Shown here piece by piece: positions 26,081 to 38,125 of a stretch of DNA of 64,000 bases. The stretch's first letter is position 1. Each line of letters begins with the position of its first letter. Where the stretch lies: assembly GCF_902459465.1 (NCBI RefSeq), contig NC_047079.1, forward strand, positions 6,572,001 through 6,636,000. Direction: 5' to 3'. The notes below the pieces were generated by a model. That model did not search any database. It worked only from the letters and a program-made list of their open reading frames with translations, and was not told where the DNA came from. The position numbers and the translations under genes were made by a program. This DNA is from Asterias rubens (Eukaryota).

Positions 26081-26104
26081 GTCAAACCATAGAGGAAGTC
26101 AAAC
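26081..26104. mobile_element. Micro-insert CATAGAGGAA between 7-bp duplications GTCAAAC
   Basis: GTCAAAC 26081-26087, insert 26088-26097, GTCAAAC 26098-26104. Confidence 0.55.
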
Positions 26105-26268
26105 CATATCAGGTATAACGTGGATAATCAACAAGTTCTGATTGTCACATTTTTGTCCGATGACGAGTGATTGCACCGGTAAACCACATGGGTTAGAGTT
26201 TCTGTTTTTCCCCCGAATGAGTAAACTGGGACACTTTTTAGACTTTGTACTGCTGCGTGCTGACTTAA

Positions 26269-26644
26269 AGGCAGTGCACACTATTTGTATCTACTCAAAA
26301 TAATTATTAGCATAAAACCTTACTTGGTAACGAGTAATGGGGAGCTGTTGATAGTATAAAACATTGTGAGAAACGGCTCCCTCTGAAGTAACGTAGTTTT
26401 TGAAAAGAAGTAATTTTCCACGAATTTGATTTCGAGACCTCAAAATTTGTATTTGAGGTCTCGAAATCAAGCATCTGAAATCACACAACTTCGTGTGATA
26501 AGGGTGTTTTTTCTCAGTATTATCTCGCAACTTCGACGACCAATTGAGCTAAAAAATTCACAGGTGTGTGTTTTATATGCATATGTTGAGATACACCAAG
26601 TGAGAAGACTGGTCTTTGAAACTAACCAATAGTGTCTAGTGTCT
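26269..26644 (-). mobile_element. TTAA-flanked MITE, family AGGCAGTGGACAC
   Basis: Left TTAA 26265-26268, degenerate right TCAA, homologous body with intact internal hairpin. Confidence 0.85.
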
Positions 26645-27355
26645 TCAAAGGGATGTTTTATAAATTATGTATAGGTGTATCACCCAAATCAGAAGTTGGT
26701 TAAAACATTGTATCAAAACCAAAGAGAAACTTCGGCTTGATTCATGGGAGAAGACTACAGTCTGCCAAGCTTGATACTTCACGGAGGCAACGAAGGCGAC
26801 TGCATCTATGCCCCTGGCTGGACATTGCCTTGGTGCCCTTGAAATGCTCAAGTAGACACTTACAATGTCCTCAAGTGGTGCCCTTCAAGGAGAAAATACC
26901 TACGGTGCCCTTGCCCTTTCAAAAACGAAGCATATACAAGGTCTGAGGCTCAATTGTTGTATACAACACCAGGAATGTCTGACACCTCTCAATCTTGGCG
27001 TCTACGCTCATTGCCAAGCCCAACCTCCCCACAAAACAACAACATAAAGCACATTTTAAAGACGCTAAATAAAGCTTTTTAAACTGGAGACAATTCTAAA
27101 TACAATTCCAGATGTCGACCTTTACCATGAAAACAAGACTGGGAGAATAAAAAGACGAATGACCTCAGCTGGTTGGAGAAGTCAAGTTGGCATAATAACC
27201 AAATCTCTTAACACCCCCCCCCTACACCCCGCCCATCAAAAAGCTCTTCCATTATGAAAAGCACCCATCGCGTCGGTCTGACACATGAAACGTCGTGGGT
27301 TTGTGTGACGTTATTGCACTTTCTCGCCCACGGAACCAACAACACCAGTCCTTTG

Positions 27356-27392
27356 GTTGTCCCATAGAGTAAGGACAGAGATATGGTTGTCC
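27356..27392. mobile_element. Micro-insert CATAGAGTAAGGACAGAGATATG between 7-bp duplications GTTGTCC
   Basis: GTTGTCC 27356-27362, 23-bp insert similar to the one at 3491, GTTGTCC 27386-27392. Confidence 0.65.
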
Positions 27393-29640
27393 CAAGGAGG
27401 TTCCTTTCCTCCATTGTTGTTCATACCATATTTTCCCTTTCCTTTTTAGCCTTCGAGAAAGACTTTGCTAAAAGTCGAAACTTCAGGCCATCAATGTTTG
27501 TGTTGCTATACTATAGGTATAGGACTTTCTTTTACGGCGCCACACCTGCGAGTTCTTTCGGTGGCAAAAGTATAGGGCAGACTTCACTGCAAAACAAAAT
27601 ACAATAACTATCGTTTAACACGATAGTGGACAATTTTTGGAAACAAAAGAAGGCTCTTTGCTCAGATGGTTTGACCAACAAATAACATTAGTTTAGATCC
27701 ATAAATACAAACTATTTAAAACTAAACGTTACTTCTTACATGTTCTTTTTGCTAGGTTTTGGTGAGCCTTTCGCAGTTTCCTCGCCCGAAGACTTCAAAT
27801 TGAGTGGTGGTAAGTTGGAAAGTTTTCTTTTCTGACAAGGCGTTCTCTCCCAAGTCTATTACATAAAACGATGTACTCGGTGCAAATGATAGACATGTAC
27901 GCCTGGAAACGAGACTAACGACCTGGCTGGATATCTTCCTTTCTGGTCTGTTCTGGCCTAGACTGGGCCCCTGTCCGTGTGACGTCAGATGTTCAGGCTA
28001 GATCTGGCCAGTCTATCGACGGTTGTTCGTAGAGAGTGAAAGCGGGCGCTGTTGCTCGTTTACGGTGCCTCCCTCTCCCTGTAGCTCTCTCGAGAAAACG
28101 AGGACACCGGAAGCACCCCTTCGGTATGTAGACATCGCAAGATAATATGAAGATAAGATTGACCGTGAAGATTGGAAGTCCAGGGTTCGAATCCAGTGAG
28201 TTAATCTAACTTAAAGCAAAAATGCACATCAGGCCTTTCACTAAAGACAATCACGTTCGACTCACGTCGATAGCACCTATGGAGATCGATCCCAGTCTGG
28301 TTTTGTGGGGTCGACTCCCGTCTTCAACCAGCACAACGCACGTGTGTTGGAAATCAATTCATGTCTGGTTGTGAGGAGTTCGAGTCCAGTCTTAAACTGT
28401 CACAGCCTATAGGTTTGGTTTTGTATGGCTTTCCAGTTCACTATTGCCCCCCCCCCCCGCTCATTCCATCGGAAACAGAACATCTGCCGCCCTCTTAGTA
28501 TGTGTTTCCCGAGACATAGACTATTTAAAAGCCTCCTTGTTTTTTTTTTGTTTTTTTTTAAATGTGTAAAAATGGCCGTGTTTAACACTTGCCTAAATGG
28601 GAACCTGTTTTCGGTCTTTAAGGAGTGCCATTAGCAGAGTTCGTTTTCTATACGCCAGAAGTGGTTTTTCCGACAGATATGGCACCCTGCAAACATTTCC
28701 ACTTAGTTATTTCTAACATGACCTTAGAGAAGTGATACAAAACCATAGCGTAACTGTTTGATTACCATCTCGCACACGGAGCTTCGCGCCGTGTAGGCCA
28801 TCCGTTGATTGTAATCAAATATGCAATAGTGCACACTGGCTACTGTTTAGCAATGAAAAATTGTTGTCACTTTGGGTTTGATATCTCTAATCAGCTGGCC
28901 CTGGGGCAAAGGTTGAGCAATTGGGGCAATACTTTTTAGAGCATTTGGGATTATCAGAGGAGTATCGTGTTTATCGAGTGTAGATGAGGTGAACTCAGGG
29001 ACAGGTTCCCACGGCAGTACTTGATTGAACCCCAAGGGGTTTAAATCCCCACCCCTGGCGCCCATGTACACCCAGGGGTACCTCTTGGGTACACGTGGAT
29101 AAAAAGCTCCCCTCCCTGTACATTGCTGAAATTTTGATTTGAGACGAGCAAGGAAATTGTCCGGGGGTTTTTTCAAGAGGTGTTCCGCCCATTTGTGTCC
29201 TGGAATTTTAGACACGTACTTGAGTTGTTTTAAATTAGTATCATTTTTGTGTGTGCTATGAATACACATTTATCAACAGAGACTCGAGTGCCAGGGGCTA
29301 CTCCTTGAGAAACAGGTCATATTATATAAACATTTGCATTTATTTTTTACTTCAATGTGAATCACAGTCAATAGCGTAACTATAAGGGGGTGTGCACGGA
29401 GGCACTAGCACAACCCTAATTGGCGTCCTTGCTTGCCCCGCCCACCCCCTGTGTATTCCGGTCTTTCTAAATTAAAGTGTAAACCATTTCATCACCATTT
29501 TGTCCTTTCTTCTTTTAAAAATTCTATAACCTTATCTACCCAAATGAAAAAGTTTTGTATCCCGTGATCAGAATAGTCAAATGGCGAATGGTGCATTCAG
29601 TAACACAGTCAAATATTTGAGATTTTGAACCGAGAGCTTT

Positions 29641-29674
29641 GTCAAAGCATGGAGGAGGAAAATAATGGTCAAAG
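29641..29674. mobile_element. Micro-insert CATGGAGGAGGAAAATAATG between 7-bp duplications GTCAAAG
   Basis: GTCAAAG 29641-29647, insert 29648-29667, GTCAAAG 29668-29674. Confidence 0.62.
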
Positions 29675-30240
29675 CTAAACACAACAAGTGGAACATAGTG
29701 ACAAAAAGGTATTGCGCCTTCACATAAAAATTGAATAAGTCGTTATCAATATCAAGAACGTGGCCATGACGCTCATATTTTTTATCAAAGCGACGCCATC
29801 CCAAACAGTAGATAGCTATTTAAAATTTTGGATTGGAACTCGTCACGCTCGTTTGGTTTTAATGACATTTTTATCACTTGTAATAAAAAAAATAACAAGT
29901 TTAATCCAGAACCATCCAGAAAGGTTGTTCTTTAGTTAAATTGGTCTCATTAAACACGCCGCTTTGTGGTATAGAAAAATATATTAAAGGTTCGGTGAGT
30001 TTTATGGTGCAACACTTTGTGGCACTTTATGCGAGAAAAAGTAATTTAAGTTCAATTTAATTAAGGAAGTTGTCATTAAAAAAAGAGATGCAGTCATATT
30101 TGGCACCAGAACTCGTCGTGTGCAACAATCGACCATTTGTTGGGTGTTACAATGGGGGGGGGGGAGGGTGTCATGGGCCCGTGACGTGCAACCTCAAATT
30201 GAACTTTCGGTCATAGACGCTCGATCACCTTCAAGTGTGA

Positions 30241-30378
30241 GGCCGTTTACCGGATTGGCGGCTACAGCTTACGACTACGGCTGTTGCTAGGGGTGTTGCT
30301 ATAGATGTCCTATACTCCAATGCACGATGACGCGGACATCTAGCCGTAGCCCTAGCTGTAGCTGCTTTGGACACGGCA
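30241..30378. mobile_element. Diverged palindromic MITE related to family GGCCGTGTCCGAA
   Basis: GGCCGT...GGACACGGCA ends, internal GGCTACAGCT/AGCTGTAGC arms, TGA duplication both sides. Confidence 0.65.
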
Positions 30379-33300
30379 TGAATGAGCAAAGAATGATCAG
30401 TGGCGGGAAAAATATAATTTTCAGTTGTTTTAGTAGTTTCGTAGTGATATATGTAAACCTTCGGGTGGCTGTTGGAAGACACCGTAGTTTGAGCCCTCCA
30501 GAACCGTAACGTTTCTTGCGAACGCTTTTGGTTTGTTTAAGTAATTTGTAGCATGTGTAATATAACACACAGCTCTGTGTAGCACACACTCTGTGGACAG
30601 GACTGTTAAACTGTGTGCAGCGTTCCTTTGCTAATGCATGTTACAGTAAGTAAGATGATTCCGGTGACCCCATTTGCCATAAATACCTCCCAAATTGAAA
30701 TTATTTTGTTTTAGTAACTTGTAGCATTTTGTAATTATTACACACAGCTCGGTGTTACATACACTGTGGACGTCTATGCTGTGTAGACATTTCCTTAGCA
30801 TGTTTACGTCAGGAGGGATGGGGTGCTCCCGTTTTCCCCAAACTCTAAAATGAAAATGTGTACACAAATTTAAAATAGAGTTGTAAGGTCGAGTGGAATC
30901 GGTAAGACGTAACCTGGGGCAGTGGTCTGTGGCGCGTACACCGCCTTTGAAGTCGTAGGTTGGAAACCAATTAGGATCGTGCGAAAAGGACACTTGCCGA
31001 AAATATATTCTTATTGAACCGGAAAAGGGTTAATAAACAAGTTGTCGGAAATACCTCTGTTAAATAAACAATGTGTAAATTCAATTCATATGAGGTGTTT
31101 TTCTGGTAAATATCCTGCAAAAGAGAAACCACCGCAGCGAAACCTTCAATACGATTGAATATCACGCCTATTTAACTTTTCATATATATACGCACAAACA
31201 AATAATAACGGGAAATTTATTCTTGGCCTCGTTTTAAAAAAAAATCGAAAATATATGTATATATAAATCATGCGGTGCTTTGAGAATGTTCTTTTGTTCG
31301 GAGTTTTTTTTTTTTTTTTTTTTTTTTATGATTGGTGTAAACTCTCCGACTGTGAGTATTTTGTGATAGAGGAGCATTCATGAAATTTCTGCCGTCCCCG
31401 AATCGGATACGACAGTGTCAGCCGGATCCTGTAACTTTAGTTTCTACTCTTTATTGTTGTGCATCTTTGAAATAGGCCTACTACTCTTTTATATTGGGTG
31501 TAAAAACATGACATCATCGTAGAATAGCTGAGAACAATTCGACGAAAACGCGATAATTATTTTATCAGTTTGTTAACATAATTTTACCGTGAGTCATTGA
31601 TAATAAATACGTTCGATTTTACTTTGGTTAAAAGAAAACACCACCACTACAAAGTCACAAAGGAACAACAAAAACGAAAACAGAAAACCAAACAAAGTTT
31701 GAATTGGGGGTATGATGCCATGTATAATGACTATTCATGGGTATCATACGTCATTGATGTATGTTTTGTGAAAACAAAATAACAGGTTCTAGGCCTATGT
31801 GTTGATTCGCTATGAAATCGAGTTTTTTTTTTTTTAATGTGCACCGTCATGATCCTATTAAAGGGACAATGCAGTACACCACTAAACGGTCCAGGGGTGG
31901 ATTTCACAAAGAGTTAGGACTAGTCTTATCTCGAGTTAGGACCAGCTACAAGTCCTAACTTAGAACTAGCTGTACGTTTTTCATATCTCTTCGGACTAGA
32001 CTAGTCCTAACTCTTTGTGAAATCGACCCCTGTACTTGATAATGGTACATTTAAAAGGGATGGTAAACCTTTAGTAATTACTAAACAAAATGACGATCAA
32101 AACTTACTTGGGAAAGAAGCACTGCAGCTGTTGATAGTGTAACATTTTGAGAAACAATTCCCTCCAAAGGAATGTGGTTTTCGAGGGAGGAATTGGAAAA
32201 ACATTGCAATATGAGAAACGTTTCTGCAAGAAACGTTTCTCAGATTGTGTATTCTAATTACGGGTCCTGCTTGGACTTTAACCGCTCCATTTCGGTGATT
32301 TAAAAAAACTACCACCTTTGGGATTGAAGTTGACTTCGGTAAGACTTATCGTAAGATACGTCTACATGTAATATAGGATTGAATGCTTTTAACAAAAGTT
32401 TTGTCAAAACACTAAAGGAAGTTGATTTTGTTGAAAGGAGTATAATATGATTGATTCCTCACTTCTGTCATATTGGGGGGGGGGGTGGAGCGCCATTCAT
32501 GCGACACCAGGTTGGCGCTATCTTGTCGGACGTTGAGGAATTTTAAAGACTTTTTTGCAATTTTTAGAGAATGACCCGGGTGTAAAATATATTTTGTCCT
32601 CGTGCAGTTGACATGAGAGTCAATGACCTAGAGGTCACTTGCAACGATGAAAGAGTCCGGCAAATCAGTTTGTTTTTATGTTGTACACTTTTGTAATAAT
32701 AATATGCTTTTGTGTATTGTAATGAATAGGGTAGATGGCATTAGCTTTCGATCCAATCCGGACCTTCTTCAGAGGCATAAAACAAGTACAAAACTTTTGT
32801 GTATTGTTATAGTGTTTGACATTAGGAGGGAGGTTGTTAGGGTGTGTCGAAAGTGTAAACCATGTTGTTAAAATACAGAATGTTACACAAGCTCTTCATG
32901 GTCACCCACCCACAAAAGATTAAAATTGATCGAATTGCTTAATTGTTTGTTAAAAATTAGCACGAATCATTGTTGTTTTAATATTGGGAAGTAAAAACAA
33001 CCCATTATCCCAAACAATTATTTAAACTACAAATTTATATTGGAATGTTTTACAGTAATTATGTATCTTGAAATCTATAGAATACTGAAGTGAACTTTAT
33101 TTCGTTTTTCCATTGGCCTCTCTGTTAGACTATACTGTATAAGATGCTAATCTTGAAGATTTGTTGGTCCAGGGTTCAGAACGAGGGCTTTAGAGCCAGA
33201 GGGTTAAGCGATACAATTCTTCCCGGGGACCGTCGGCTCATAAAACCAGAAGTCATAAATATGTCAAAATAACATATTTGCGGAAAAGTAAACAGAAGTG

Positions 33301-33796
33301 TTAATTACCAATGACTCTGCGTGTGTGTGAACGTGACCAGGTTAAAAGAAAATCATGATTGTTTAAAAAAGGGTTTGTTTAAAAAATGCAAACGGAATGT
33401 ACAGTTTTTATTTGCCAGAAGTGCCCTCCTAAAAATGGTGCGCCCCTTGTGCCCCTCCCCCTTGAAATGTACTCTCTAAATGTAAAATAGTGAACTGTTA
33501 CTCTCTTGTCCGAGTGGTGTCTTTCACTCTTTTGAGAGTGAAAGTCAATCTGTGGCACTCTCTCTGCGTGAAATTGCAACGAACTGCACTCTAATTATAG
33601 TTGAGAGTACCCGTCTTTTACTCTAAAAAGAGTTGTCTGAAATATGGCTCTTTGCAAGAGTCGTTTAGCGGACCAAACGAGTGGGCGATGGCTGGTACAA
33701 TGTTTTACAATACGGTACACATTAAATTAACAAAGCATGTAACAAACAAGATGTATAGTTCTCTCAACACATGGAAAACACACGAACAAAATGAAT

Positions 33797-33837
33797 CTAT
33801 CACCATGGAGGAATAATTTATTCCTCCATGCTATCAC
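33797..33837. mobile_element. 27-bp perfect hairpin CATGGAGGAATAA-T-TTATTCCTCCATG between 7-bp duplications CTATCAC
   Basis: 13-bp perfect inverted arms 33804-33830; CTATCAC at 33797-33803 and 33831-33837. Confidence 0.75.
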
Positions 33838-36800
33838 CAACCCTATTAATTGGAATTTGGCAGCAAAAAACCTCTTCACAACATTGTCTGATGGAGCACG
33901 AAACAAATCAGCAGTTTTACGATGCATTGTACATAGTGCGGTTAGGATACTACGCATACAATACTTTGCGAGCGATTTCTCAAGAAATAATGAATATGCA
34001 TGAAAGAGTTAGTTGACACTACTCAATTCACAGCCGCAAATGGCTGTACCGGCCCTCGCCTTATATGAATATGCATGAGTGTTGTCCTTGTCTGACGTCA
34101 TGTAGTTTAATTTGCATGAAGTGTCTATGCGGTAGCTGTAACCTTAGATCATTCGAAAATCTGCTTGCGTTGCTGACCCAATTTACGGGCCATGTCCCAC
34201 GAACATGTCGAAACTTGTTTTAAATTTGTTTGATTGTCATTTAATTTTTATCTTTTCAAAGTCGACTTTCATTATTACAATCGTAGTGAGTAAATATTTC
34301 TGTGCGAATGGGCAGGGTCAACAAATCTAAATCCATATGTCTATTGTGACCTATTTAAATGCACGATTCTCTACATACAAAATTGCAGTTATTTCAATTT
34401 GTACATAAATGGGCTAACTGGTGGTGGAGTATCTTCCTCATGCCATGAGGGAACCTGCAGTTTATCCCTGTCTTGTAAATCTGTTAATTTTGTGTCGTGT
34501 GGAAAGGACTTAACAACCTCTCTCATTGAAAATTACCATTCCGTGCGCTATGATCTTGACGGAAGAGCACCTTTTAAAATTCTTTATTTGTTATGTATGT
34601 TATATTAAAATACCAGCGAAGAACCCGTGCTCACAAGCCTACAGTATCAAATACGAATTGAGAATAGAATGGAAAGTTTTTAGAAAAAAATTAACAGCAA
34701 TTTTGAACGTTTTACAAATTATTAAATTTATATCATTGTTTGCGCACAGGGCGTTTGTGCAACTTCATGTGCAATGTTCTGCTTATTGCGGAATCACCGC
34801 GATACCGTCCGCACATTTCTGCGCTTTATTGTAAACGCGCATTATTTCCGCGGTGAGCAAGCTTGACATCGCGCATTGTAGAAATCTGCATTTTTAGGAA
34901 GATGGCGTACACATATTGGTGCAGTTCTGAAAAACGTGCTGAAATTGCAGGAAATCTTCCCCTGTTGAATATTAAGAACGAGAAATGGCGAGCAAGCAAA
35001 AATCTTGAAACCCTGGTTTATGGTACATGATACGACTTGATTTTTATTTTTATTCAAACAAAGTTCGTTCTGTGAACCTGTCTGATTTTTAAAACACCCC
35101 CCAAACACAGTCAGAGATTGAGAAAACAGCCTTGTGATTTTGAGATGAGCTGTTGCGATTGAAGACCATTGGCAACAAGTCCCAACTTGATTGGAATTCT
35201 GTAAAGATGTATAAAGGTGAATACCTACAAATCTGTTTGGACAAACACAGTGAACACGCAAACACCTTCGTGCATGTGTCATGACCTTATAAGGAGATCT
35301 ACCTGTGAACGTCAGACTGCCGCTACCAATTTGGTTTCAATGCGGCTTCAATTTTGGATAAAGACTAAATTATCAAACTTAGCGGTGGATTAATAAAAGA
35401 AAGTTATGGTTCATGGCGAAGGCTTTACTCAGGGTTATAAAGGTTATACAGGTTATAAAGGTTATTGTCTTTGGGGGAAAAGTGTCTCAGTCCGATGGCT
35501 TGTTTGGTTGATGAAATGTTTTCGCGTCAACGTGTGTGGGGGAAATGTTTATTTGGTGAATTGACAGTTTGGCTGAAAACAATTCAAAATTGCTGTTGCT
35601 TTGATTTATCATTTACTTAAATGTATATGTTTACAAAATACTCCATACAAAATGTTCTCTCAAAAGAATGTGGCAATAATGTTCTATTTTAGTTAGTTTA
35701 AGTGTAACAGGAATTATTCGTTTGTGATAATGTTCGGATGACGTGCAGTTAAACAAGCTCCTAGCCTGAGTTAATGGTTCATCGGACCGGTGTTTATATT
35801 CGTTTATTTATTGGCATAATAAATTAATGTCACTAATTTTATTTGCCCTAGAAAGGATACCAGTCCATCTCGGGTTACTCCCCAGCTCTCGCCGGTCTCG
35901 CGAAGGACGCTGAATATCGCAATTGACTAGTCCAGGATTCGAACCCACTTTATTTTAAATACAGAACTTGGGTTCACAGCGCTTGATCGCTCAGCTATAT
36001 GAAACGAAAAGTCACAGGGCTAAATTTTGAAGTTCCCAAACCACTTCGTTTTGAAAATGATATTTACTAATAATGTTATCTCTATTAGAATATATATATA
36101 ATATATTTCACAGGTGTGTTATTTGCTTATCTAAGCATTGTCTAGGTTAGAATACGTAGGCCGGGTCTTCATAGGGACAAGGTCGCGGTATGTGGAGTGT
36201 AAACACTCTAACCTTAAGAATTTAAAAGTTCCAAGCCTGTCCCAACTTGTTTCAAATACCAATCGATAACTATTGTTTTGTTTTTTCTACTGGCACGCGA
36301 CGGGGTTGGGCAAAGTTCGCTCGTGCGGACGAGGGGGCTTACACGTCAAGGTACAATCCCATAGTCGTCACCAGTCCGATTTCGCAATCATATAATAGTA
36401 GTTGTTGGAGTACCTTTTTAAGCTGAGCACTCAGGTATATCTGTAGTTGTGCATGTTCAAACTTGCCTTTGTAATATATGTAAGTTTACAACCTGTAATT
36501 TTACGAAAGCCCATTAGCGCAAAATAATTAAAAGTTTCAACTCATCGTTTTCTCATTCCTTCATTACGGATTTACAAACCATACGGGTTTAATCGTGAAT
36601 TCGTAATAACGGATTTTTAATCCGCAATAATAGATTACGAATTCATAATAACGTATTAAAAATTTAGTTTTTTTGTTGGCACATTAGTGACTTTTCGTAT
36701 AATTTTGTATGCAGTTTTATTCATTTTTAATACTTTTTTGGATGGATTGAAAATCATTTTTTAATTTGCATACCAAAATCCACAAAATTGAAGTCTTAGT

Positions 36801-37107
36801 TTCCTTGTATTCAAAATATTATAGTCCTTTAGTCGCAATCAAAAGTTTAAGCAAATGATTTAGTTATATTATTATATAAACAACAATTTAATATGCTACT
36901 ACATAGAAATGCCACGACACAAAGGATTCTTCATAATTTATCAACAATCATTTTTATTTTGTGTTTTGCATAGAATCACTTCAAACAAAAATAAATTGAA
37001 CACATTTTAATTTCACGCACAACAACAACCACACTTTCTGTATCCGATAACACCAAACAGTAAACATCCATAATCACACAGAGAACAAATCAACAAAATT
37101 GTTTTAA

Positions 37108-37474
37108 AGGCACTGGACACTATTGTTAATTACTCAAAATAAATGTTGGCATAAAAACTTACTTGGTAACGAGCAATGGAGAGCTGTTGATAGTAAAACA
37201 TATTGAGAGAAGCGGCTCCCTCTGAAGTAATGTTGTTTTTGAAAGAAGTAATTTCTCACTCAAATAATGAAAGACTTCAGCTGAAGTCTTTTTATTATGG
37301 ATCTGAAAGCACACGAAGTTGAGCAAAGTTTTATATTTTTCGTTCATTATTATCTCGCAACTTCGACAACCATATGAGCCAAAATTTTCACAGGTTTTTT
37401 ATTTTATGCATTATGTTGGAATACACCAGGTGAGGAGACTGGTCTTTGACAATTACCAAAGGTGTCCAGTGCCT
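37108..37474 (-). mobile_element. TTAA-flanked MITE, related subfamily AGGCACTGGACAC, 650 bp downstream of the Hes stop
   Basis: TTAA at 37104-37107 and 37475-37478; TIR AGGCACTGGACAC/GTGTCCAGTGCCT. Confidence 0.87.
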
Positions 37475-38125
37475 TTAAGGGCAGACAAAACTTCTCAGAT
37501 AAAAGAAATAAATTAAGTAAATTAAATCACGACAAACTAACTCACCTTTTTCCAAATCAGATTAATCAATAAATTGCAAATCAAATCAGTAGAAAAAATA
37601 TATAAATATTTTTCTTCATGTTACAAAATGTACAAACTCTATTATAGAAAAAATAGCTACTTTGGAATGGAAGACAAAATAACAATCTTTGAATTAAGTA
37701 ATCCTTAGTAAAGGGCACCCTAAAGGAAATTGTAAATTTCTACTTGAGCATTTCAAGGGCACCAAGGTAAAGACAAGGGTGCGTGGAGGCATTCGCTTTC
37801 GTTGCCTCCCTGAAGTAACAGACCTGATATTTGGTGATTAAACTACATTTTTACTGAGAAATAAGACTCGTGAAGTGAAATAGAGATCAAACTTTAAAAT
37901 GACGGTGTTTAGACATAAATTTTCTTTGAGAAAACATTTTGGGGCATTATCCAGTTAATGACTTGTCTATTTTAATATTCAGCCTAAGTTGCATACTGTC
38001 TTACTCTTTTTTTTATGTTTTAAAAATATATTAAATTCACAAAAAACACATTTCGAAAATATTTGAAATTAAATATGAAAATAAGAACACTTCAAAATGT
38101 TTAACACATCACAACAAATCATTGT

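Noticed and set aside
36560-36655. Small hairpin AATTCGTAAT...CGGATT/AATCCG...ATTACGAATT
   Set aside because: Short, AT-rich and imperfect; probably a MITE relic; no pre-miRNA-length stem.
822-37516. Dozens of 60-147 aa ORFs in the supplied track
   Set aside because: No recognisable domains; many are read through MITEs (e.g. 4333, 4497, 6730, 11296, 13329, 26291, 37159) or use GTG/TTG starts that are irrelevant in a spliced animal genome.
38108-38113. K-box (TGTGAT) just after the Hes stop
   Set aside because: Only a 6-mer in AT-rich sequence, and the cognate miR-2 family is protostome-specific as far as I know.
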